This document shows, piece after piece, positions 55,754-64,000 of a DNA stretch of 64,000 bases (the stretch's first letter is position 1; every line of letters starts with the position of its first letter). A model generated the notes under the pieces. The model worked only from the letters and a program-made list of their open reading frames with translations. It was not told where the DNA came from and made no database searches. The position numbers were made by a program, and so were the translations under genes. The DNA comes from Lepidodermella squamata. Lineage: Eukaryota > Animalia > Gastrotricha. Location of the stretch: contig JBLDXI010000019.1 of assembly GCA_047495785.1 (NCBI GenBank), positions 620,001 through 684,000 on the forward strand, read 5' to 3'.

Positions 55754-58700
55754 GGTCGCATTATTTATTTTTGTTGATTATATTGTTGTCGAAGGTGAGC
55801 ATTGTCGAATTTCATCATCTTTTCTGACCAAGAAAAACAACCCTTTCACGTCGTGCGTGTTTTTGTTGCGCTCGCGCTATTTTTATTACTATTCATTCAC
55901 CCGTTGGCCATTTCTTATAACGATCGCGCATTATAACACTCCCAGGTATATTATTTTTAGGCGCCACGTGCTGTCAATAGAAAAACGCATCAAATTTCAA
56001 CAATGTATAATGCGATTGCTTAAAACATTTTCCCTATTATTTTTGTAGTATATTTATTCTTGACATCGTATAGGTTTTATCATGACTTTATAACCTGGAC
56101 ATGATTGCGAGACTAACGTTAATCAGCGTTTATTCGTTCATTTTTTACGCATCCCCGGTCCGGCTCGATGACAGTAATCTTTTAAATTCTTTCGAGAAAC
56201 AGAATTAAATAAAAATTGATTTTTTTTTAGCTTGTGATGCCGGTCGGCCCATCGAATCAGCAGCGAGATACCCGAATATCGGGTCTTACATGCAGTTATA
56301 TCTATCCCTATCGTTTTCATGTTCCGGACCATTGACCAGGTGGGATTATTTGTCGCGGACTGCAAGTGAACATCACGTTTATTTGGCTGTATGGCGACCG
56401 ATTGGCGATAATAATTATCAATTAGTCGGAACAAATGTCGTCAACGCGACTCACCCAGGTGCTCACTCTTTCTACGTACCAGAGGCCTATCAAATCTACG
56501 TCGAACCTGGAGATGTGATTGGTGAGTTAATTTCCGAAAATTTCGGATTTTTACATGATATTTCAATTTTTTAGGTTTACATTACGAAACGCCCAACATT
56601 TCGCAATACGCGTTAATTGTGCCGTACATCGACGTTTATTCGCTGCAGGGCACGTTTCGCATGAGTGAATTGTCCGACGTCTTGTCAGCTCCTCTTGGCC
56701 ATTCGGAAATTTTACAGAAAAATGGCCTTTTGGACACTGGCCAAGTTCCAACATCGCTGCTTCAAAGATCTCGCCTTCCAGCTTTACGAGCGATTGTAAC
56801 AGGTATTTCACAATCCACCTTAAAAATCCCTTTCGGTTTTTTTCATTCCTCCTAATTTAATTCGAGTGTGAGAATTTCTTCTCACTAGTAGATCTAGTAT
56901 TATTTCGGGTTTCATCATTTACTCCCCTAAACACTCCTCCCTCATGATTTCATGATTAATTTCTGATGATGATTACGTTGAAAAGCGAAAGTTGCCTCTA
57001 AATGGCAAAGCTTTCCGTCGGATTCAATGGTGGCTAAAACTGCGTTGAAAAAACCGCCATGGGCTCTCGGCGGCGGCTTCGTTTTGCCGCCGCTTGTTCC
57101 GCAAAAATCGGCTAATCCTCCGTCGACTTCAACTTCTACTTCCACTACTACGTCTACGACTTCGACAACTTCGAGACCGAGCTTCGACATTAGCACGCCT
57201 GTCCCCGCTATGAAAGGTTCTTATATAAATTAGCTCTTCTTCAATTTTTCTTTAGTTGCTTGGAAAATTTTAATTGCGTTGCGCGTGCATTTTTTTCTGC
57301 TGCGACTAATTCATTTCCTGATTTATTTACATTAATTTTACCTTTGCCTGCCTGCGTTGATTATTTCTTATGTATTATTTTGCGTGGTTTGCTCGGTCAT
57401 CAGCTGTTCACTGGATTAACCTATTCGCGGGGAATTTGCCTAAAAAATCGGAGCCTAAAATTAACAAAACGCGTCAAGTTCAAAATGGCCACGTGAGGCC
57501 GGCCCCATTTGACCTAATTACGACAATAACAACGCCGAAATTAACGACAACAACTACGCAGTTAATGACGACATCGACCACAACTCGGCCATTAATAACT
57601 GTGCCGATGATTGTAATAACTACGTCGACGACGACGAAAAAGATGACTACTACTACAACAAGTAAAGCAACTACACCAGCAACTACAACTCGAAATTACC
57701 AGAATGAACTTGCGATGAATAACGGTGACTATTTCGATAAGGCGGTGATTGCGGTTCGCAGCCATCACGACGACCCGCGCCAGTATCAGCCGCACCGCAA
57801 GCCTCTTCTCATCGTGCCAACTACGACAATAAAAAGTAAAGAGATAGTCACCCAACCGTCATCATCGTCGTGAAATTGGCGCACATACCTAGCCGTTGTC
57901 AACTTTACGTCACTTCGCACTTTAATTATTATTAGAAAACTCCACCTTAATTTTGTTTTATTTTCCGCACTTTTTTCGTTAACTATTATAATTTAATTTA
58001 TTGTGGGAATATTTCTTTAAATTAGCCGTGGTCTAAATTTGTGATAAATTTGTGTACATTAGCGATTGACGGCGGGCTTTATAACAATGCGAGGCCCATA
58101 AATTTGAACCCATACGAGCCCCAACCCTCGGCCGCCTCTTCGGAGCCGAATCGCAACAGCCAACAAGGCGCGCCGTTGCGAACGATGCCGCAGTGGTACC
58201 ACCGCGCCATAAGCAGTTACAATTACAACAAATTGATGATGAACACGAAACCGATTCAGTTGAAACTGCTCGCCGAGCCGAAAGCTTTCGTGTCGCCCAG
58301 CATTGTTCCGATGGTTACGAATGCGCCGCCGGATGTTACGATAATTGAAGGTGAAACAAATCGCCGTGATGCGCGTAAACCCGTGTTTTTTTGCGTCGCG
58401 CACACCGTGTTCCCCGTTCTGTTTTGTGTTTTCATCGTCGTTATTGTGCATTGTTATACGTTCACGTTTACGTTCCTTCGCCATTCATCGATTCGTTGGT
58501 TTTTCAAGTCGTCGCGCTTTTTGTGTCGTTTTTGTGTCACCTTGTGGCGACCCTATTGCTTGAAATTGCTTGCATTTTAATATGAGGGAGTAAGAATTTT
58601 TAAGATAGATTGAAAAATATTTTAAGGAAAATATATTTACCGAATAATTTTGCCAACAGCAAACGGCAATCGTCGAGCCTATTCCAGTGGGTTTGAAATC

Positions 58701-61263
58701 AGAGGCATCGACCTGAAATTTTCACTCGAATTCAAAACTGCGGCACCTAAACTAATAACGCAAATAATAATGAATAGTGATAACTCGTTAGACGGTAGAT
58801 TTTATAACAGTAATAATAAGTTGTATGAGCAACCTGAGCCAGTGAAAATTTGCTCGACGTTAGGTCCACCAATTAGCGCTGAAAATGAATTAACGACCGT
58901 GACTGATGGTTATCTGAGCCCGCGATCGCAAGGCTTCAACGCATTGTCAATGTCAACCCGCCTTATTGCTTGCCCTATTTACTTTCTCCCCGCTCTAGTT
59001 ATTTTGCTTGTTTAGATTTTTCTAGCTAAACCGGTAAAAACAATAAACCTATATCGTCAAGCTTATAATTTCATTTTATTTGTGAATTTTTTCGAAATTT
59101 TTATGATAAATTTTGACGTCTTCCCCGCAGAAACTGTCCCGATTAATTATGCCGCTGAGAGGGCGAAGGTTGCGATAGCGAAATCAGCTCAATTCCCCGA
59201 GGGTGAGCACCCGTTATGGTCAGCCTCGACCCGAAGCAACGCCCCTAAGAATTTCTACCACCAAACCCCGCCGTCGGACGATCGAGACGTCGAAACGCAT
59301 CTGCCGCTCATCCCGCTGTCGACGTCGACTCGCGCCTCGCCTGTCATGACGACCCTCGTTGTTTCTGAAACAGGTTTGGAAAGCGTGGCCGTTCGCCAGC
59401 GCCAACAGCAACTCAATAATAAGGCCGATAAACCGCACGTTAAGCAACAGCACATCAGCGGCGGTTCGAGCCGCGAGCAAATAAATAATAATAACATCGT
59501 AGTCTCGGGTCCGCCGCCGCTTAGCTTCACCGATCTCACTGTTAATGGCGTAAAAGGTGCATTATTATTTTTTCGTTAATTTTCAGTTCGAATTTTATTT
59601 CTTATTATTTATGTTCATCACCGCATTATAGAAGTGAAAGTTAGGCGAAGATTCACGCCCGACTATTACATTTACCAAGTAGAGTTGGCAAAGAGATTAT
59701 ACCGGCAAAAAGGTTCTTGAAAAATGCGCAAATCGGGGGTTTTAACATTTGAAATTTGAGCTTGCCGCGCCATTGAAATAAATAAATATAGCTTTTGCGG
59801 CTTGATTGAAAAAGGCTCGCCTTCCAATTTCGCTTAACAATTTCAAATGTTTTCTTTTCAATTTCTTTTCAGTCTGGCTGATTATAACCCTCGTCAGTGT
59901 TTCGGTCTTCGCGTTATGTACGATTGTGGCAATCATACTATGCTGCTCCTTTCCCCGTGCCAAAATGTAAGTTCGAATATCATCGGTATAAATATTTCCA
60001 TCCTTAAAATTGAGGTTCAATATCTAAATTTGAGCATTTTCCCGATTTTTTTTGCGATTTCGATTGAGGGTCCTCCTTTTATCGGAACCAAGTTGAGCAG
60101 TGAGCAGAACCTAATTTGCTGTAGCGTAACCAAATTTTGGAATTTTCTATGGGCCTGAAATCACTTTTCGGATATTTCTTGGGTATCCTGATTGACCGCA
60201 ATAAGTCAAATAAGATCATCATTAAATTGAGCGTAAAATTCTCTATAAGACTGAATTTTCAAAGAGTGACTCTTGGCATATTTCGAAGTTCTTTCCGAAG
60301 TTTTCCGATAACGGATATTCATCTCAAAACGATTGATTGAGTTGGGGCTTGGGGTTGGAGTTGGGAAGTCAAGGTTAGGTTATTAGGGTTAGACATTGGT
60401 CAGGGTTCAGGGCTCATGTTAGGGGCAGGGATGGGAGCCAGGGTTAAAGTTAAGGTTAGGTTTAGGTATTGGTCAGGGCTCAGGGCTCAGGGCTCATAGG
60501 CTAGAGGATGATCAGGGTTCAGGTTTGAGCTTTGCCTTTGGCTTAGGATTGGGGAGTTTAAGGTTAAGGTTAGGGTTGGGATTTGGCCAGAGTTCAGGGT
60601 TCGTGTCAGGGTTAAGGTTAAGGTTAAGGTTAGGGTTGGGGTTTGTCAGGTTTAAGGTTTGCGTTATATAGGGTTAGGATTGGGAGTTTGAGGTTCATGT
60701 TAGGTTTAGGGGTTGATCAGGGTTCAGGATTCGGGTTAAGTTTAGGCTTAGGTCGAGTTTCGGGTTTCTCGGGGTTTTTCCCGAGTTAAATTTAGGGCCC
60801 TTGCTTTTACCCAATAACCTTTTTCGCATGGGAAAAATTTTGTTTTGGATTATATGATCTTTTTTTGCGTTTTAGTGGAACCGCTCCGCCATATCCGTCG
60901 CACGAGGAGACGACTAACACATCTGACGCAGCCAGTGACAGCGACCCGCTGCCGATGACGAAGGACTTGGGCGTCGACCCGGTGATGCGCATCCTCTCGT
61001 CCGTGCAAGACCCAGAAGTCGCTGCCATGGCGATCGCGGCCGCGACCAACAACCACGGCTGCGGTGGCTCGTCGAGCCAGCCAGCTTCCTCAATATCAGC
61101 CGAGCGGTCTAGCGGCGGCCTAACCGGGAAATCGACAGGCCGGCTGCACGGCCATCATAGCAACCACCATCCAACCATGTCGAACACGCATACATGGCGA
61201 GCCCAGCAGCCTATTGACGTTTTTGTCGGCAGGACTAGGGTGATAGGCGACTACAACAACTGA
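55754..61263 (+). CDS. Large multi-exon, probably secreted protein: beta-rich globular domain plus Thr/Pro-rich mucin-like exons (start and full exon chain uncertain)
   Basis: A hydrophobic mini-exon (55754-55794) splices in frame to 56231: CDAGRP...FSCSGPLTRWDY...VYLAVWRPIGDNNYQLVGTN...IYVEPGDVIG|LHY...RLPALRAIVT. Later GT-AG-bounded T-rich exons (~56990-57215, ~58060-58350, ~59131-59555), a Cys exon (~59873-59966) and a last exon to 61263. Confidence 0.5.
60341..60770 (+). repeat. Degenerate telomere-like hexamer array (TTAGGG/TTAAGG/TCAGGG/TTGGGG)
   Basis: ~430 bp of G/T-rich hexamer variants on the plus strand, within a predicted intron. Confidence 0.85.
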
Positions 61264-62317
61264 TGGCGCAAGGCTAAATAGTGGTGAAAATGCTGGTGGG
61301 GGGTTTGTCAGTGGCTGCACACGAACAATTTCTCGTCTTAGAATCTTCAGTTTGTAAAGGAATGGATTATATGCAAAACTTGTTTCTAGCGTTGTGTCAT
61401 ACTGTAAATAGTCGATGAAATCGAAAAATTGATTTTAATTATTTTTATGGCAAATCAAAAATTGATCAAGCGCGCATGACCTACTACGACTACCTCGAAA
61501 TCTGCTGTTTTTCTTGAAGATAATTTTACCTGTAAATTATTTGGTGTTATATATCTGCCTTAATTTAGAGCCTTGGACAGCTTGTTTACCGTTGCTTTTT
61601 TTTCTGTCGATCGCGCTACCTCAACTTGTGTAAAATCAAATTTCAAAATTTACCGTATCATTTAATCAAAAAAAACCACATGATGTCTGGTTGAAGCTTA
61701 TTCAACTCTTCTGTTATATTGGCTAAATAATAATACTTCGTGACTTTATTGCAGAAACGAAACGTTTGCTCTTTTCTTAAAGATAAATTTTAAAGATGAC
61801 ATTTGAAATGATGAAATAAATGAAATTCGTTGATTTTCGCATCGACTTTTCCATCAAACCAGTATTCGAACTTCAGTCACCACTGAAAGGTGAAAGACGC
61901 GAAATCACTAAGCAAAATCTCGAGAATGGGCACATGCGGTTCGGTGAACTCACCCTCCTGCTGTGTTTTGACTTACTCTGGTTGTTAGGGGAGCGCGGGC
62001 TTAATGGTAAGGACAAACTACTGAAAAATGTCTACAACTTGTATACATATTTTGGTTTTACCTTTTACCCTACAAAATTCTTGCCGATGATTGGCGAAAA
62101 TATTTCTTGAATCAGATCGCTGAAATAATGTTCCCCCTTCATGGAATCTGTACTTAACCTCAGAGTGCGTGATAGACGATAGACCCAAGCACTTTTAGTT
62201 GGAATAATTTATGCTGCTATGATTCATTTTACATCACAGTTGTATGATGAATAATGTGCTATCTGACTGATAAAAGCTTGTCGTATATTAAGGGCAAAAA
62301 ATAGTAGGAATAGCAAC

Positions 62318-63064
62318 ATGGCATCTACGATTTGTAATCGGGTGGAAATGCTTTCAATCAAAACAGTGTTTGTGCTTGGTTTGCCCGGGGCCGGTAAAGG
62401 AACTCTTTGCAATAAGCTCGTCGAGGTAAAATCATGAATCTCTTACTAATTCCCCGACTTCAGTTCTCATTTTTTTCATTCAAGAAATACGGTTGCTGTC
62501 ATGTTTCAGCTGGTGATGTTTTGCGTAAGGCTCGAGATGATCCAACTAGTCCGGACCGTCAGCTATTGATGGACTATCTCAAAGAGGGACGGCTGGTGCC
62601 TAATAGCGTTATCATGGATATTTTGGATCGAGACATTGAAACTCAGCTGAAAACAGCCAAGTCCCCATTGGTTTTAGTCGACGGTTTCCCAAGAAGCCTA
62701 ACTAACCTTAGCGGCTGGGAAGATTCTCTTGGTCAAAAGTATCCGGCACAAGCAGTCATTTTGCTTGAAGGATCTAGTGAATTGTTCACGGATAGATGCC
62801 TCAAACGAACTGGTCGCCCTGAGGATACACTCGAGACCCTGAAAAAGAGGCAAGTATACCAGATGACTTATAACAAGAGGTTTTTGGTTTAACTGATTCG
62901 TTCTATCTAGAGTTCAGAATTTCTACGACCAGTCCCACGTGGTGGTTGATCATTTCAGTGGTAAACACATGCTGTATCGATTTGACAGCTCAGGTGACAA
63001 GGATGCTGTTTTCAATGCAGTCGAAGGGAAACTACTAGAACTAGGGATTCTCTACTCAAAATAG
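62318..63064 (+). CDS. UMP-CMP kinase / adenylate kinase family protein; 3 exons
   Basis: VFVLGLPGAGKGT P-loop, HVSAGDVLR, EGRLVP, LVDGFPR, short lid RPEDTLETLKKR. The second intron (62850-62910) is GC-AG. Confidence 0.9.
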
Positions 63065-63464
63065 TTTGCTTTTAGCTAGACTGACTTCGCCTTACTCAAA
63101 AACCCGAAAGAGTGGAGACTTTCAGTCGCGAGCAAGTAAAACAAATAAATCCTTTTCATGAAGACCAAAGCACTAATGCTCTACTGGCAACTGCCAAACA
63201 ACATCCAAGTCAGATCAATCTCTAGTTTATTCTTCCATATCTCTATCGTCATTGGTAATTTATCATTGACTAAATATTATTTACCTCACAGATCTTAGGC
63301 GGCTTGAGATTCTTAAGCAATCAATTTTCTAACTAGTGAAAAATTACCTATATAGACCAAACTTTCACGGACAACATCATACAGGTTATTGAATTGAGGA
63401 ATGACGGTTTTCAATGAACCGTCTCAAGGTTTTCCAGAAGACCCATATACTCGTACGCATGTAA

Positions 63465-64000
63465 TTAGTGCGAAGAGGCGAAAATCCGTCTCAAATGTGA
63501 TGAACTGGTCCAGGCTGGCATCCTGAAACCACCACTAGGATGAGGACTTATATCCTCATGATGCGCTGCAGTTGCAGGCCTCGATCTGGAATGCTTTTTG
63601 AGTTTCGTGAACAAAATCAGGCCGTTATTAATGGCGGCGAACAGGAAACTTGTGATAGCGGCAAGAATGGCCAAAGCTTGACTTGAGCGGGCAACAAGCA
63701 GTCCGATAGCCACTCCAGCTAGGATGATCGTAGCCAGTACGTACACGGCTGATGTGATTCGCCTCACTAACCATGCGGAGCGAGATCTGATGACGCGATT
63801 CTTCACTAGAGATCGAGCTCTAAAGGCTAAAAGCAGCGCCCTTACGAGATTTAAAACGAATCCCAAGCCAGCAATTGCAGTTAAAGCTGTTGAAATCGGA
63901 GACTTATATGTCAGTGACGAGAGGACGCTGCACTCTATAAACAGATGTTGGTGAACAACAAAGTGACTAGTCGCCGAAGAAGCATCCGCATCACGAACAG
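63465..64000 (-). CDS. 3' end of a multi-pass membrane protein, possibly TM5-7 of a GPCR; 5'-partial
   Basis: The frame stays open to the window edge. A Cys-containing loop precedes three hydrophobic helices with a basic loop between the first two, followed by a basic/polar tail. Confidence 0.5.
   Translation of the reverse strand, partial: VRDADASSATSHFVVHQHLFIECSVLSSLTYKSPISTALTAIAGLGFVLNLVRALLLAFRARSLVKNRVIRSRSAWLVRRITSAVYVLATIILAGVAIGLLVARSSQALAILAAITSFLFAAINNGLILFTKLKKHSRSRPATAAHHEDISPHPSGGFRMPAWTSSSHLRRIFASSH

Noticed and set aside
52243-55777. Numerous 60-120 aa ORFs on both strands
   Set aside because: Low-complexity, overlapping, mostly non-ATG starts and no recognisable motifs.

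Overview
Eukaryotic, almost certainly invertebrate-animal DNA: compact genes with many ~45-60 nt GT-AG introns, a Cys-loop receptor, C2H2 genes and TTAGGG-like repeats. The species cannot be identified from this window. Bases 1-22 kb are a dense run of tandem gene pairs: two legume-lectin-like/mucin/SEA surface proteins, two small C2H2 proteins (one with a UVR-like tail), two SLC18B1-like MFS transporters, two membrane-anchored DUF1771/Smr-like proteins and two RDH-like SDRs. A GT6 (ABO-family) glycosyltransferase and an S1 protease lie among them. Bases 22-47 kb hold three intronless ~890-aa VWA-domain paralogues separated by nested transposon debris (TA-, 3-bp- and 8-bp-TSD MITEs, foldback elements, a broken MULE transposase, LINE fragments, a tRNA-derived SINE). 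Bases 48-64 kb hold a non-alpha nAChR-like subunit, two small orphan genes, a large Thr-rich secreted-protein gene with an intronic telomere-like array, a UMP-CMP/adenylate kinase and the 3' end of a multi-pass membrane protein. The best candidates for undescribed biology are the diversifying intronless VWA array (variable MIDAS face, swappable central module), the TM-anchored Smr pair, the lectin-mucin-SEA proteins, the invertebrate GT6 and the C2H2+UVR-like protein. Exon structures were read by eye and family assignments come from motif recognition, not database searches.
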